A stretch of 48,225 nucleotides of DNA from a bacterium (GTDB taxonomy: Bacteria; Babelota; Babeliae; Babelales; JAUWHS01), in NCBI GenBank assembly GCA_043818275.1, contig JBDRFY010000036.1:1-48225 (forward strand), in the 5' to 3' direction. Shown here piece after piece: positions 10,018 to 20,936 of the stretch. A program made the translations under genes and the position numbers. The notes below the pieces were generated by a model that saw only the letters and a list, made by a program, of their open reading frames with translations, did no database searches and was not told the DNA's origin. Numbering within the stretch: the stretch's first letter is position 1; each line of letters starts with the position of its first letter.

Positions 10018-10563
10018 TTATTGATAGTTTTGGTTAAGAAAGTTTTGTATTTCATTATATTCTGGTAATTTATTTGTATATTCATTTCCCAGAGCATTTG
10101 CAAGAGTACAAAAAAGGGAAAAAAGGTGACTTAGGAAGTCTTCTTCATTTAATGGAGAAATAAAGATATGTTTACAAGATGTTAATAGATCTTCAAATGC
10201 TTTTATTAAACGTTCGGTTTTATTTTCTTCACTAAGGTTCGGTTGGTTTTTGATATATTTATATGCATTCCAAATATACTCAATTAAATCGAATGCTATT
10301 TTCTGCTTTTTTGGTAATTCATTATATCCTGGATTTTGTCGAATTTTTTGTTCTAATTCTTCTTGTTTTTTTTGAATTAATTCCAGGGATTCTTCAAAAG
10401 AAATTTGAGGAGCTAGAGGGGCTTCGTGATTTATATTTCTGTTATTTCTCCTTTGTTCTTCGCTACGATTTCCTTTTGAAGTTCCTCTAAGTAATCCAGC
10501 ATTTAAATTGAAATTTAAAATACAGAGCAATCCCGATAAAGTTATCACTAATAATTTTTTCAT
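10018..10563 (-). CDS. Secreted hypothetical protein, helical/coiled-coil
   Basis: MKKLLVITLSGLLCILNFNLNA signal peptide, aagga RBS. Confidence 0.7.
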   Translation of the reverse strand: MKKLLVITLSGLLCILNFNLNAGLLRGTSKGNRSEEQRRNNRNINHEAPLAPQISFEESLELIQKKQEELEQKIRQNPGYNELPKKQKIAFDLIEYIWNAYKYIKNQPNLSEENKTERLIKAFEDLLTSCKHIFISPLNEEDFLSHLFSLFCTLANALGNEYTNKLPEYNEIQNFLNQNYQ

Positions 10564-10721
10564 GATATTTCCTTCATTTATTTTTCACTTAATTGAAACA
10601 TTTATAAAACCAGTTTAAATTAATATTTTCCCATTGGCAAAAGGCTAAAGTCCAAAAACTTAAAAGGAATTAAAAAATAGCGTTTTTTTTATAAAAGTTC
10701 AGATTTGTGGCGTTTTTTTGT

Positions 10722-10750
10722 TTGACCAGCAGTGATTTTTGCTCTAAAAT
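10722..10750 (+). promoter_or_regulatory. Sigma70-type promoter of rplM
   Basis: TTGACC-17 nt-TAAAAT. Confidence 0.7.
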
Positions 10751-10757
10751 CATTAAA

Positions 10758-10787
10758 TCCTTTCATAAGTCCCCGTTTATTGAAGGA
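10758..10787 (+). promoter_or_regulatory. Putative L13 ribosomal leader hairpin
   Basis: Stem tcctttcataag/tttattgaagga with tccccg loop just after the predicted TSS; resembles the AAG-CCCCG motif recalled from rplM leaders. Confidence 0.5.
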
Positions 10788-10845
10788 AAAAATCTGAAAA
10801 TCTTATTAAAAAAGTAAAAAAAGTACTTTTTGGAGACTATTTAAA

Positions 10846-11274
10846 ATGGATATGAATAAATGTTTTTTCTTGAAAAAAGAAGACAGAACGCCTAAATGGC
10901 ATTTTATTGATGCAAAAGATATGGTTTTGGGGCGTTTGGCAACAAAAGCTACAAACATTTTACGTGGAAAAGATAAGGTTGAATTTAGTCCTCATGTTGA
11001 TTGTGGTGATTATGTTGTTATAACAAATTGTGAAAAAATTAAACTTACCGGTAATAAATTAGAAGATAAAATTTATCGCACACATTCTGGTTGGATGGGT
11101 GGAAAAAAAGAAAGAACAGCAAAAGAAGTTATGCAACGTGATCCCGCAAGAATAATTCAGCATGCGGTAAAAGGGATGCTTCCAAAAAATAAATTAAGCA
11201 GACAAATTATTAAAAAATTAAAGGTTTATGCCGGAAGTGAACATCCACACGAAGCACAAAAAAATACAAAATAA
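10846..11274 (+). CDS. rplM: 50S ribosomal protein uL13
   Basis: [43 protein letters not shown]. Confidence 0.97.
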   Translation: MDMNKCFFLKKEDRTPKWHFIDAKDMVLGRLATKATNILRGKDKVEFSPHVDCGDYVVITNCEKIKLTGNKLEDKIYRTHSGWMGGKKERTAKEVMQRDPARIIQHAVKGMLPKNKLSRQIIKKLKVYAGSEHPHEAQKNTK

Positions 11275-11298
11275 TTAATGTTTAATTAGATTAATTAA

Positions 11299-11331
11299 AA
11301 AAATACCGCCGATTTTGTCGGCGGTATTTTT
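11299..11331 (+). terminator. Intrinsic terminator after rplM
   Basis: 14-bp stem aaaaataccgccga/tcggcggtattttt. Confidence 0.8.
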
Positions 11332-11353
11332 ACTAAGAAAAGAATAATAATAA

Positions 11354-12223
11354 ATGATAAAACAAAAAACGATAAAAAAAGAAGTTTCATTTTATGGAAT
11401 TGGGGTTCATTCTGGAAATCCTGTAAGCGTTAAGGTGAAGCCGGCTTACATTGATTCAGGGATTATTATCAAAAATAAAAATTTTCCAAATGATGATATT
11501 AAACTTGGTACTATTATTCCTGAAATAGCAATGCATGCGACAGTCATTAAAAATTCAAAATATTTTATAAGTACTATTGAACATTTAATTTCTGCAATCA
11601 TTTGGCTTGAAATTGATAATGTAATAATTGAAACGCAAGATCCAGAAATTCCTATTTTAGATGGAAGCGCTTTGCCGTTTGTACAGGGTTTGATTGATGC
11701 TCAGGTTATTGAGCAAGAATCAGATGTAAAATTTTTAACGCCTATTCAAAATTTACAATTTAAAGATGAAAATGATCGTTTAATCGAAATTATTCCTGCC
11801 AAAAAAGATGGTTTGGGAAATTTCGATAATAGTTTATACATCGAATATCAGATGAATTTTAATCATTATCTTGTTGGTGATTCAAAAATTGAAGCAAAAA
11901 TCACACCGGAATTTTTTGAAAAAAATATTGCTCCTGCACGAACATTTGGTTTTTTAAATCAGTTACCAGAATTAAAAAAATATGGTTTAGCCAAAGGTAC
12001 AAGTTTGGGAAATACAGTTGTTGTTGGAGATGATTTGTTAAATGATCAGCGTTTTGATAATGAATTTGCCAAACACAAACTTTTAGATTTTTTGGGGGAT
12101 ATTGGTCTTTTGGGTAAGCGATTAGCCGGTAAAGTTAAAGCTGTAAAGACAGGACATAGTTTTAACCGGTTGGTTGTTGAGCATTACATTAAAAATCCGG
12201 ATAAATGGAGAGAGATAAATTAA
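11354..12223 (+). CDS. lpxC: UDP-3-O-acyl-N-acetylglucosamine deacetylase
   Basis: KQKTI..GIGVHSG, STIEHL, EIPILDGSA, IAPARTFGF, HKLLDFLGD, KTGH. Confidence 0.93.
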   Translation: MIKQKTIKKEVSFYGIGVHSGNPVSVKVKPAYIDSGIIIKNKNFPNDDIKLGTIIPEIAMHATVIKNSKYFISTIEHLISAIIWLEIDNVIIETQDPEIPILDGSALPFVQGLIDAQVIEQESDVKFLTPIQNLQFKDENDRLIEIIPAKKDGLGNFDNSLYIEYQMNFNHYLVGDSKIEAKITPEFFEKNIAPARTFGFLNQLPELKKYGLAKGTSLGNTVVVGDDLLNDQRFDNEFAKHKLLDFLGDIGLLGKRLAGKVKAVKTGHSFNRLVVEHYIKNPDKWREIN

Positions 12224-12224
12224 A

Positions 12225-12258
12225 AAATAATGTGCAGCGTATGCGCCGCACATTATTT
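12225..12258. terminator. Bidirectional terminator between convergent lpxC and rseP
   Basis: Stem aaataatgtgcagcg/cgccgcacattattt (one mismatch). Confidence 0.7.
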
Positions 12259-13410
12259 CTACTTATATTTGTTATTAAAAATTGTCAGAATGTCTTTAAA
12301 CGATAAATATAAAATCAGAGAAATTAAGAAAATCCAGGATGCTAAATTAATTACTACCTTTATTATTTCAGGGATTTGCCTTCTTATTATTGCCTCAATC
12401 GTGACGAATAAAAATTGACCACCATCTAATGCGCCAATAGGCAAAAGGTTTATAATCGCAAGATTAATACTTATTATTGCCAAAAAAATTAAAAGAGTTG
12501 AAAAACCTTTTTGAGCTGTTTCAAAAGTTTTTGAAATGATCATTATTGGACCGCCAGCGCCCTTTAGTGATCTTTGTTTAATGAGCATCTTTAAACCATA
12601 AAACATTTGAACAATTAAATTATATGTTGAAATAGCTCCTCTTTTTAAAGATTCAAAAACTGGATATTTTTGATATTGTCCTTCGATTGTAGTTAATTCT
12701 GTTCCTATCATTGCGCCCAATGAGCCAATATTTTTTCCTCCTATTGTTTTTGATCCCAATATTAAGTCTATATTTTTAATTTTGCCGTCCCGCAACACAG
12801 ATAAAGTTATTTGTTTATCAGGATTGTCAGATAATTCTTTAAATACGACCGATTGCATTTGTTCAAACATTTCATCGGGATCAGAGCTAATTGTTTTTTT
12901 ATTAATACTTATAATTTTATCATTTTTTTCCAGACCATATTTTTCTGCGGCTGATTCTTTTACAACAGAATCTACAATTAAAGCACCTTTTGCTTTGGGA
13001 ATACCAACCATAAAAAGTGTTGATAAAATTAAATAAGCAAAAAGAATATTAAAAATTATTCCACCAAGAATCACAAATGCTTTTTGCCAATAGGGTCTGT
13101 TTGCAAATGATCGTTTACTGGTATCACGGGCAAATTTTTGTTCACCCTGACCAACTTCTGCCTGTCCGGCAATTTCAAGATATCCTCCAAGAGGAATCGC
13201 GGCTAACCTAAAATTAGTGTCGCCTATTTTTTTACTGAAAATTGTGGGTCCCATTCCTATTGAGAATGTTGGTGTGTGAATGCCAAAAATTTTACAAAAA
13301 ATAAAATGACCAAATTCATGAACGGTTATTAAAATACCAAAACCAATAATTGCCAGTAAAAAAGGTAAAAATTTATGGGTAAGTGTAAACATGTACGGTT
13401 GAATATTCAT
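12259..13410 (-). CDS. rseP: Site-2 (M50) membrane zinc metalloprotease RseP with PDZ domain
   Basis: HEFGH, FSIGMGP, IPLGGY, GGIIFN, PDZ-like SAAEKYGL, NLLPIGALDGG. Confidence 0.93.
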   Translation of the reverse strand: MNIQPYMFTLTHKFLPFLLAIIGFGILITVHEFGHFIFCKIFGIHTPTFSIGMGPTIFSKKIGDTNFRLAAIPLGGYLEIAGQAEVGQGEQKFARDTSKRSFANRPYWQKAFVILGGIIFNILFAYLILSTLFMVGIPKAKGALIVDSVVKESAAEKYGLEKNDKIISINKKTISSDPDEMFEQMQSVVFKELSDNPDKQITLSVLRDGKIKNIDLILGSKTIGGKNIGSLGAMIGTELTTIEGQYQKYPVFESLKRGAISTYNLIVQMFYGLKMLIKQRSLKGAGGPIMIISKTFETAQKGFSTLLIFLAIISINLAIINLLPIGALDGGQFLFVTIEAIIRRQIPEIIKVVINLASWIFLISLILYLSFKDILTIFNNKYK

Positions 13411-13434
13411 CTAAATCCTTAGGTTAAAAATTTT

Positions 13435-13459
13435 AGATCCTGAAGTAAATTCAGCATCT
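13435..13459 (+). repeat. Short palindromic element (gatcctgaa-rtaaa-ttcag type)
   Basis: Imperfect hairpin; 16/17 identity to 47951-47967. Confidence 0.5.
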
Positions 13460-13739
13460 GTTTTTTTAATAAAATAATATATAATTTCAAAAGTCGTAAC
13501 TCAGGTGATATGGTTTTTCAAATTTACTTGTAAAAATAAAGTAAAATCGTTTTCAAGTAAAGTTGTTTAAATCTTTAATAGATTTCAACCGGAGATATTG
13601 ATATGAATTTTTATAAAAAAAAATGCGGCATGTAATTATTTAAACTTAAAAAATTAGACTTAAAAAAAATGAATTGATTTTTTACGAATAGGTTAAGAAA
13701 ATTTAATTAAATTAATTTTTAATATAATACGGCTTTTTC

Positions 13740-13767
13740 TTGAAAAAAATAAAAAAAAGATTACAAT
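13740..13767 (+). promoter_or_regulatory. Putative sigma70 promoter of the ribosomal superoperon
   Basis: TTGAAA-16 nt-TACAAT ~185 nt upstream of rpsL ATG. Confidence 0.55.
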
Positions 13768-13950
13768 TATTCGAGTCGAACCACAGTTTAAACTTTTTCT
13801 ATATGGCTAAAATTTAGCGTCATATTGGCTATAATTAGCAGCCAGACTTACCGAGATTATGTGGTTGCCTTTGATGGGGACTTAAGCTATTTCTGTCGAA
13901 GGATGCAGAGAAGTTTTAAATATTTTTTATTTTTACCTGGGATTAAATAT

Positions 13951-14331
13951 ATGCCTACGATTAACCAATTAGTGCGTAGTAAACGCAAAAAAGTAGAAAA
14001 AATGACAGATTCTCCTGCGCTTAGTTCTTGTCCGCAGAGGCGTGGAATTTGTGTTCGTGTTTATACCGTAACACCAAAAAAACCTAATTCTGCATTACGT
14101 AAAGTAGCTCGTGTAAAGCTTACAACAGGAAAAGAAGTGACGGCATACATTCCCGGAGAAGGACATAATCTTCAAGAACACTCTGTTGTATTAGTTCGAG
14201 GAGGAAGGGTAAAAGATTTACCAGGTGTTAAATACCATATTATTCGTGGAGCATTGGATACAGGTGGCGTTGAGGGAAGAAAACAAAGTCGTTCTCTTTA
14301 TGGCGCAAAAAGAAAAAAGGGAGGTAATTAA
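13951..14331 (+). CDS. rpsL: 30S ribosomal protein uS12
   Basis: MPTINQL start at 13951, [20 protein letters not shown]. Confidence 0.98.
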   Translation: MPTINQLVRSKRKKVEKMTDSPALSSCPQRRGICVRVYTVTPKKPNSALRKVARVKLTTGKEVTAYIPGEGHNLQEHSVVLVRGGRVKDLPGVKYHIIRGALDTGGVEGRKQSRSLYGAKRKKGGN

Positions 14332-14333
14332 TC

Positions 14334-14816
14334 ATGGCAAGAAGAAAGACCGTTGATCTTACAAGAGATATTGGCCTGGATCCAAGATTTAATTCTTTTC
14401 TTGTTCAAAAATTAATCAATTATGTTATGGAGCGTGGTAAAAAAAATACCGCAAGAAAAATTGTTTATGAAGCATTCGATATTTTAGTTAAAAAATCCAA
14501 TGGCGATGAAAAAAAAGGTTATGAACTTTTTGAGAAAGCTATTTCAAAAATAAAACCTTCTGTTGAAGTTAAGGCAAGACGTGTTGGTGGAAGTGTTTAT
14601 CAAATTCCGGTTGAAGTTCGTCCAAATAGAGCGTTAGCATTATCTTTGCGTTGGATTATTCAGTCAGCAGCTTCCAGGTCAGATAAAACTATGGGACAAC
14701 GGTTGGCTAATGAATTACTTGACGTAGTAGAAGGTAGGGGAAATGCAATTAAGAAAAAAACTGATGTGCACAGAATGGCTGAATCTAACAGAGCCTTTTC
14801 ACATTATGCATGGTAG
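14334..14816 (+). CDS. rpsG: 30S ribosomal protein uS7
   Basis: RRVGGSVYQIP, MAESNRAFSHY. Confidence 0.98.
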   Translation: MARRKTVDLTRDIGLDPRFNSFLVQKLINYVMERGKKNTARKIVYEAFDILVKKSNGDEKKGYELFEKAISKIKPSVEVKARRVGGSVYQIPVEVRPNRALALSLRWIIQSAASRSDKTMGQRLANELLDVVEGRGNAIKKKTDVHRMAESNRAFSHYAW

Positions 14817-14833
14817 GATAATTGGGGTAACTA

Positions 14834-16903
14834 ATGAGTAAGGATTTAAATAAGTTTAGAAATATAGGGATTATGGCTCACATTGATGCTGGTAAAACTA
14901 CAGTTACAGAGCGGGTTCTTTATTATACAGGTGTTTCTCATAAAATTGGTGAAGTCCATGAAGGTGAAGCTACAATGGATTGGATGGTTCAGGAACAGGA
15001 AAGAGGTATAACTATCACCTCTGCAGCAACAACCTGTTTTTGGAGAGATCACCAAATAAATATTATTGATACTCCCGGTCACGTGGATTTTACGATTGAA
15101 GTTGAACGTTCTTTACGTGTTTTGGATGGTACCGTTGCTGTTTTTTGTGGCGTTGGTGGCGTTGAACCACAATCTGAAACTGTTTGGCGTCAAGCTGATA
15201 AATATAAAGTTCCAAGAATCGCTTTTGTTAATAAGTTAGATAGAATTGGGGCGGATTATTTTGGAGTTATTAAAGAAGTTGATGAAAAGTTACATGGTAA
15301 ACCTTTGGCTATGCAAATTCCTGTTGGTGAGTCTGAAAATTTTAATGCCATAATAGATGTTTTACAAAAAAAAATGGCAACATTTGATCAAGAATCTTTG
15401 GGTTCCAAAGTTAATTATGAAGAAGTTCCTGCGGAATTTAATGATAAGATTGATGAACTTTATGAAAAAATTGTTGAAGTTGCATGTGATTTTGATGATG
15501 AATTAGCAGAAAAATATTTAGATGGTAAGGATTTAACGGTAGAAGAAATTAAAAGGGGGATAAGGCAAGGTGTTTTAAAACAGGAAATTACACCAATGTT
15601 TTGTGGCTCAGCTTTTAAAAATAAAGGTGTTCAACTTTTATTGGATGCTGTTGTTGATTATTTACCGTCACCTTTAGATGTTCCTCCAATTAAAGGAATA
15701 AATCCTGAAACAAATGAGATTGAAGAAAGAAAGGCTGATGTAAATGAGCCTTTTTGTGCTTTGGCATTCAAGATTATGACAGATCCATTTGTTGGTTCTT
15801 TAACATTTTCGCGTGTTTACTCCGGTTCACTTGATGCTGGTTCATATATTTATAATGCCTCAAAGGGGAAAAAAGAAAGAATTAGCCGTTTATTGAAAAT
15901 GCACGCAAATAAAAGAGAAGAAGTTAAATCTGCATCTGCTGGAGATATCGTTGGAGTTATTGGTGTTAGAGATGTTTCTACAGGAGATACTTTTTGTGAT
16001 GAAAAACATCCTATTCTTTTAGAATCGATCGAATCACCTGAGACTGTTGTAAGTGTGGCGATTGAGCCTAAGGCAAAAGGTGATTATGAAAAATTAGCCT
16101 TATCTTTGAAAAAAATGATGCAGGAGGATCCCTCATTCAGATTTACTTTTGACAATGAAACAAGTCAAACAGTTATTTCTGGTATGGGAGAGCTTCATTT
16201 GGAAATTATTGTTGATCGTCTTTTAAGAGAGCACAAGATTGAAACTTCTGTTGGTAAACTTCAAGTTGCATACAAAGAAACTATTCAGAAAATTGCAAAA
16301 GCTGAAGGAAAATTTATTCGTCAATCTGGTGGTCATGGTCAATATGGTCATGTCTGGTTAAGGGTTGAGCCTTTAGCGAGAGGGGAAGGATTTCAATTTG
16401 CAAGTGAAATTGTTGGAGGAACAATTCCCAGGGAATTTATTCCAGGCATTGAAAAGGGTGTAAAAGAAGCTTTAGGAAATGGAGTTATAGCTGGTTATCC
16501 TACCGTTGATGTTAAAGCAATTGTTTATGATGGATCATTTCATGATGTTGACTCTTCTGAAATTGCATTTAAAATAGCAGCTTCTATCGCTATGAAAGAA
16601 GCTTTATCTAATGCTTCTCCTGTATTGCTTGAACCTATTATGAAAGTTGAGGTTGTTACACCTGAAGAAAACATGGGAGATGTTATGGGAGATTTAAATT
16701 CCCGAAGAGGTAGAATTTTGGGCATGGAAATGAGAAAAGGTGTTCAGGTTATTGCAGCCGAGGTTCCCTTGGGTGAAATGTTTGGTTATGCAACTGAGCT
16801 GCGTTCAATGACAAAGGGTAGGGCTAGTTATACGATGCAATTTGAGGCATACAGAGAGGTGCCTAAAAATGTTCAGGAACAAATTGCAGAGGGTAAAAAA
16901 TAA
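14834..16903 (+). CDS. fusA: Elongation factor G
   Basis: [30 protein letters not shown]. Confidence 0.99.
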   Translation: MSKDLNKFRNIGIMAHIDAGKTTVTERVLYYTGVSHKIGEVHEGEATMDWMVQEQERGITITSAATTCFWRDHQINIIDTPGHVDFTIEVERSLRVLDGTVAVFCGVGGVEPQSETVWRQADKYKVPRIAFVNKLDRIGADYFGVIKEVDEKLHGKPLAMQIPVGESENFNAIIDVLQKKMATFDQESLGSKVNYEEVPAEFNDKIDELYEKIVEVACDFDDELAEKYLDGKDLTVEEIKRGIRQGVLKQEITPMFCGSAFKNKGVQLLLDAVVDYLPSPLDVPPIKGINPETNEIEERKADVNEPFCALAFKIMTDPFVGSLTFSRVYSGSLDAGSYIYNASKGKKERISRLLKMHANKREEVKSASAGDIVGVIGVRDVSTGDTFCDEKHPILLESIESPETVVSVAIEPKAKGDYEKLALSLKKMMQEDPSFRFTFDNETSQTVISGMGELHLEIIVDRLLREHKIETSVGKLQVAYKETIQKIAKAEGKFIRQSGGHGQYGHVWLRVEPLARGEGFQFASEIVGGTIPREFIPGIEKGVKEALGNGVIAGYPTVDVKAIVYDGSFHDVDSSEIAFKIAASIAMKEALSNASPVLLEPIMKVEVVTPEENMGDVMGDLNSRRGRILGMEMRKGVQVIAAEVPLGEMFGYATELRSMTKGRASYTMQFEAYREVPKNVQEQIAEGKK

Positions 16904-16955
16904 ATTGGAAATAATTATAGTTAAGTATTTTTGTAGTTGTTAGGAAGGAATTATA

Positions 16956-18146
16956 ATGGCAAAAGGTGTTTTTGAAAGAACGAAACCACACGTCAATGTT
17001 GGGACAATTGGTCACGTTGATCATGGTAAAACAACTTTGACGGCAGCTATAACTAAGGTTTTAGCTGAAAAAGGGGGAGCTGTATTTAAAGCATTTGATC
17101 AAATAGATAATGCTCCAGAAGAAAAAGAGAGAGGTATTACTATTGCAGCATCTCACGTTGAATATGAAACACCAAAACGTCACTATGCTCATGTTGACTG
17201 TCCTGGTCACGCTGATTATGTAAAAAATATGATAACGGGTGCGGCTCAAATGGATGGAGCAATTTTGGTTGTTTCTGCTGCTGATGGTCCAATGCCTCAA
17301 ACAAGAGAGCATATTCTTCTTGCAAGACAAGTTGGTGTTCCTGCAATTGTTGTTTATTTGAACAAGGTTGATATGGTTGATGATGAAAGTATGGTTGAAC
17401 TTGTTGAAGAAGAAGTAAGAGAACTTTTGTCCAAATATGGTTTTCCGGGAAATGATATTCCTATTATCAGAGGATCTGCATTGAAAGCTTTGGAAGGTGA
17501 CAAAAGTGAAATTGCAGAAGGATCTATTATAAAATTAATGGAAGCTGTTGATTCTTATATTCCAACTCCGGAAAGAGATAAAGATAAACCATTTTTAATG
17601 CCGATAGAAGATATATTTTCTATTGCAGGTCGTGGAACTGTTGTAACTGGTCGTGTTGAACAAGGTGTTGTTAGCATTGGTGAAGAAGTTGAAATAGTTG
17701 GTTTTAGAGATACAACAAAAACAACTGTGACCGGTATTGAGATGTTTAATAAGGAAATGAAACAGGCTCTTCCTGGTGATAATATTGGTTTGTTGCTTCG
17801 TGGTGTTAAAAAAGAAGATGTTGAACGAGGTCAGGTTATTGCAAAACCTGGTTCAATAACACCACATACAAAATTTAAAGCTAAAATTGTTACCTTGAAG
17901 AAAGAAGAAGGTGGAAGACATACCCCATTCTTCTCTGGTTATAGACCACAATTTTATTTTAGAACAACAGACGTTACGGGTAATCTTACTCTTCCAGAAG
18001 GAAGAGAAATGGTTATGCCTGGAGATGAGGTTGAGGTTACGGTAGAACTTGCTAGTCCTGTTGCTATGGATAAAGAACTTAAATTTGCTGTTCGTGAGGG
18101 CGGTAGAACTGTTGGTGCGGGTATTGTAACAGAAATTATAAAATAA
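16956..18146 (+). CDS. tuf: Elongation factor Tu
   Basis: [29 protein letters not shown]. Confidence 0.99.
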   Translation: MAKGVFERTKPHVNVGTIGHVDHGKTTLTAAITKVLAEKGGAVFKAFDQIDNAPEEKERGITIAASHVEYETPKRHYAHVDCPGHADYVKNMITGAAQMDGAILVVSAADGPMPQTREHILLARQVGVPAIVVYLNKVDMVDDESMVELVEEEVRELLSKYGFPGNDIPIIRGSALKALEGDKSEIAEGSIIKLMEAVDSYIPTPERDKDKPFLMPIEDIFSIAGRGTVVTGRVEQGVVSIGEEVEIVGFRDTTKTTVTGIEMFNKEMKQALPGDNIGLLLRGVKKEDVERGQVIAKPGSITPHTKFKAKIVTLKKEEGGRHTPFFSGYRPQFYFRTTDVTGNLTLPEGREMVMPGDEVEVTVELASPVAMDKELKFAVREGGRTVGAGIVTEIIK

Positions 18147-18169
18147 TTTCATAACGGGTCTGACTAATT

Positions 18170-18475
18170 ATGAAAAAACAAAGAATTCGTTTAACTTTGA
18201 AATCTTATGATCATCAACTTTTAGATAATGCAGTAAAGCAAATTGTTTTTGCAGTTAGAAGAACAGGGTCTAAAATTTTAGGCCCAATTCCTCTTCCTAA
18301 CAGAAAGAAAATTTATACTGTTTTGAGGTCTCCTCATGTTGATAAAAAGTCTCGAGAACAATTTGAGTTGATTACCCACAAGCGTGTTTTAGACATTATC
18401 TCTCCGGTGGAACAAACAATGGATGCTTTAATGAAATTAAATATTTCTGCTGGTGTTGATGTAGAAATTAGATAA
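18170..18475 (+). CDS. rpsJ: 30S ribosomal protein uS10
   Basis: [19 protein letters not shown]. Confidence 0.98.
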   Translation: MKKQRIRLTLKSYDHQLLDNAVKQIVFAVRRTGSKILGPIPLPNRKKIYTVLRSPHVDKKSREQFELITHKRVLDIISPVEQTMDALMKLNISAGVDVEIR

Positions 18476-18490
18476 AAAAAGAGGCTTTGA

Positions 18491-19114
18491 ATGTTAAAAA
18501 AAATACTTGGCAGAAAAGTTGGTATGAGTCAGCTTTTTGATGAAAGTGGAAGAGTTACTCCAGTTACAGTTATAGATGTTGGAAATTGGTTTGTAACGCA
18601 AGTAAAGACAAAAGAAAAAGATGGATATGTTTCTTTACAGTTAGGTTTATTAAAAGATAAATACAAAAAAAAACCTTTTGATGTAAATTGGTTGAAAAAT
18701 AAAAAAAATTATTTTTTAAAACTACAAGAGGTTTCTATGGATGATCCCGTTGATTTAAAAGTGGCTCAGGAAGTGAAACTTGAAAATTCAAAAATAGAAG
18801 AAGGTTCAAAAATTGATGTGACCGGAATCAGTAGAGGTTTGGGTTTTCAGGGTGTTGTTAAAAGATGGGGTTTTGGAGGAGGACGGGCATCTCATGGATC
18901 AACTTTTCACAGAATACCAGGTGCGATAGGAAACGTTCGCTCTTGTGGATTTGTTATTAAGGGTAAAAAAATGCCTGGTCATATGGGGCACAGTAAAGTG
19001 ACAGTTAAAGGATTGAGAATTGCTCATGTGGACAAGCAGGATGGTTTTATTTTTATAAAAGGTGCTGTTCCTGGAAAAAAAGATTCTTTTGTATCAATCA
19101 GAATGCAAGGGTAG
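18491..19114 (+). CDS. rplC: 50S ribosomal protein uL3
   Basis: [26 protein letters not shown]. Confidence 0.98.
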   Translation: MLKKILGRKVGMSQLFDESGRVTPVTVIDVGNWFVTQVKTKEKDGYVSLQLGLLKDKYKKKPFDVNWLKNKKNYFLKLQEVSMDDPVDLKVAQEVKLENSKIEEGSKIDVTGISRGLGFQGVVKRWGFGGGRASHGSTFHRIPGAIGNVRSCGFVIKGKKMPGHMGHSKVTVKGLRIAHVDKQDGFIFIKGAVPGKKDSFVSIRMQG

Positions 19115-19119
19115 GTTTT

Positions 19120-19761
19120 ATGGAAAAAGAGTTATTACTTTATACAGATAATGGTAAACAAGTTGACAAATTAAATATAAACATCGATGTAAATCAAAGA
19201 GAAGAAAGTCCAAAAACTTATTCTTGTGCAATAAGAAGATTGCGTCAAAATTGGCGCCAGGGAACAGTTGGTTGCAAGGATAGAAGTGAAGTTTCCTTTT
19301 CAAATAAAAAACCGTGGAAACAAAAAGGAACGGGAAGAGCGAGGGCTGGAACCGCGCGTTCTCCTCTGTGGCGTTCCGGTGGAGTTACATTTGGTCCTCA
19401 AGCAAGAGTAAGAATACTTGATATAAATAAGAAACAAGATAAGTTAGTTTTAAATAATATTTTCTTTTCAAAGTTAAATAAAAATGAATTGACTTGTATT
19501 GATTTTGCTTTGAAATCAGATAAACCAAGTACAAAAGAAGTTAGAGATTTCCTTAGGAATGCAAATCTTTATAACAAAAAAATTATTTTGTTTTTACCTT
19601 TTAACGATGAATTAAATTTTGCATCTTTTAGAAATCTTGCTAATGTTGATGTTTTATCCTTTGATCAGCCAAATGCTTTTGATTTAAGTAGCGGTAGACA
19701 TTGGGTTTTCCTTAAAAGAGATATAGATTTATTTAAAAATATGGTTGCAAAATGGAATTAA
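19120..19761 (+). CDS. rplD: 50S ribosomal protein uL4
   Basis: [14 protein letters not shown]; operon position. Confidence 0.97.
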   Translation: MEKELLLYTDNGKQVDKLNINIDVNQREESPKTYSCAIRRLRQNWRQGTVGCKDRSEVSFSNKKPWKQKGTGRARAGTARSPLWRSGGVTFGPQARVRILDINKKQDKLVLNNIFFSKLNKNELTCIDFALKSDKPSTKEVRDFLRNANLYNKKIILFLPFNDELNFASFRNLANVDVLSFDQPNAFDLSSGRHWVFLKRDIDLFKNMVAKWN

Positions 19762-20093
19762 GTATTTACGACGTTATTAAAAGAAGTATTACAACCCCAA
19801 AAAGTATTGATTTGCATAAGCGGCTTGGGCAATTAACTTTTGAGGTTAATAAAAAAGCAAACAAAATTATGGTTAAGCAAGCTGTAGAAAAAATTTGGGA
19901 TGTTAAGGTTGATAAGGTTCGGATTTTAAATATACAAGGTAAAACTAAAGAATTTGCTCGAAAAAGTTTTAAATCTCCTGGTTTAAAAAAAGCTATAGTT
20001 ACTTTGAAAAAAGGACAGACTGTAGAATTACCAAGTCATTTTGAGACTATGGGTGTTTCAGGGGGTAAAAGCGAGAGCTCAGAGGTAAAGTAA
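19752..20093 (+). CDS. rplW: 50S ribosomal protein uL23 (with ~20-aa C-terminal extension)
   Basis: TFEV..ANK..KQAVEK, KKAIVTL; operon position. Confidence 0.95.
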   Translation: MELSIYDVIKRSITTPKSIDLHKRLGQLTFEVNKKANKIMVKQAVEKIWDVKVDKVRILNIQGKTKEFARKSFKSPGLKKAIVTLKKGQTVELPSHFETMGVSGGKSESSEVK

Positions 20094-20094
20094 T

Positions 20095-20913
20095 ATGGCT
20101 GTAAAAACAAGAAGACCAATAACTTCATCTTTGCGAGGACAACAATTTCTCTTAAATACAGATTTAACCAAAAAGGATCCTGAAAAAAGATTAATTGTTC
20201 CTTTAAATAGGAAAAGTGGTCGAAATGCATATGGAAGAATTACGGTTCGTCATCGTGGTGGTGGAGCAAAGAGAAGATATAGAATAATAGATTTTGGCAG
20301 AATTTATAAAGATATTGAGGGTGTTGTTATTGCATTTGAATATGATCCAAATAGAAATGTACCAATTGCTTTAATTTCATATAAAAATGGATCAAAAGGT
20401 TACATTTTGAAACCGGCAGGGTTAAAGGTTGGGGATGTAGTTGTTTCTGGTGAAAATGTTGAAGCTAAGGTTGCAAACTGTACTTTATTAAAAAATATTC
20501 CGATAGGTTTTTTTGTTCATAATGTTGAATTGCAACCAGGGCAAGGTGGTAAGTTTGCCAGAAGCGCTGGAAATTCCGTGCAACTTGTAGCAAAAGAAGG
20601 TAATCTTGCTGTGTTAAAAATGCCTTCTGGTGAATTGAGGACTGTAAGCCTTGAAAGTAGGGCGACTGTGGGAGTTCTTGATAATGCGGATTATAAAAAT
20701 ATTACTTTAGGTAAAGCTGGCAGAACCCGACATTTGGGAATAAGACCAACTGTTAGAGGTATGGCGATGAATCCAATTGATCACCCGCATGGTGGAGGTG
20801 AAGGAAGATCTAAATCAGGATCACATCCAACTACACCTTGGGGTAAAGGCTGTAAAGGTACCAGGACTAGAAAACGTAAGAGTTCTGCTATTTTAAAGAG
20901 AAGAAAAAAATAA
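20095..20913 (+). CDS. rplB: 50S ribosomal protein uL2
   Basis: GRITVRHRGGG, EYDPNR, AMNPIDHPHGGGEG. Confidence 0.99.
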   Translation: MAVKTRRPITSSLRGQQFLLNTDLTKKDPEKRLIVPLNRKSGRNAYGRITVRHRGGGAKRRYRIIDFGRIYKDIEGVVIAFEYDPNRNVPIALISYKNGSKGYILKPAGLKVGDVVVSGENVEAKVANCTLLKNIPIGFFVHNVELQPGQGGKFARSAGNSVQLVAKEGNLAVLKMPSGELRTVSLESRATVGVLDNADYKNITLGKAGRTRHLGIRPTVRGMAMNPIDHPHGGGEGRSKSGSHPTTPWGKGCKGTRTRKRKSSAILKRRKK

Positions 20914-20936
20914 AAGATTTTTGAAGAAGGATAGTT

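Noticed and set aside
13772..13920. SRP RNA, 6S RNA or tRNA upstream of rpsL
   Set aside because: No SRP helix-8 GNRA/GGAA-AGCAG arrangement, no cloverleaf or TTCGA T-loop, and no convincing 6S central bubble; kept only as a putative leader
13825..13950. 42-aa N-terminal extension of uS12
   Set aside because: Canonical MPTINQL start at 13951; upstream open frame begins at TTG without RBS and overlaps a structured leader
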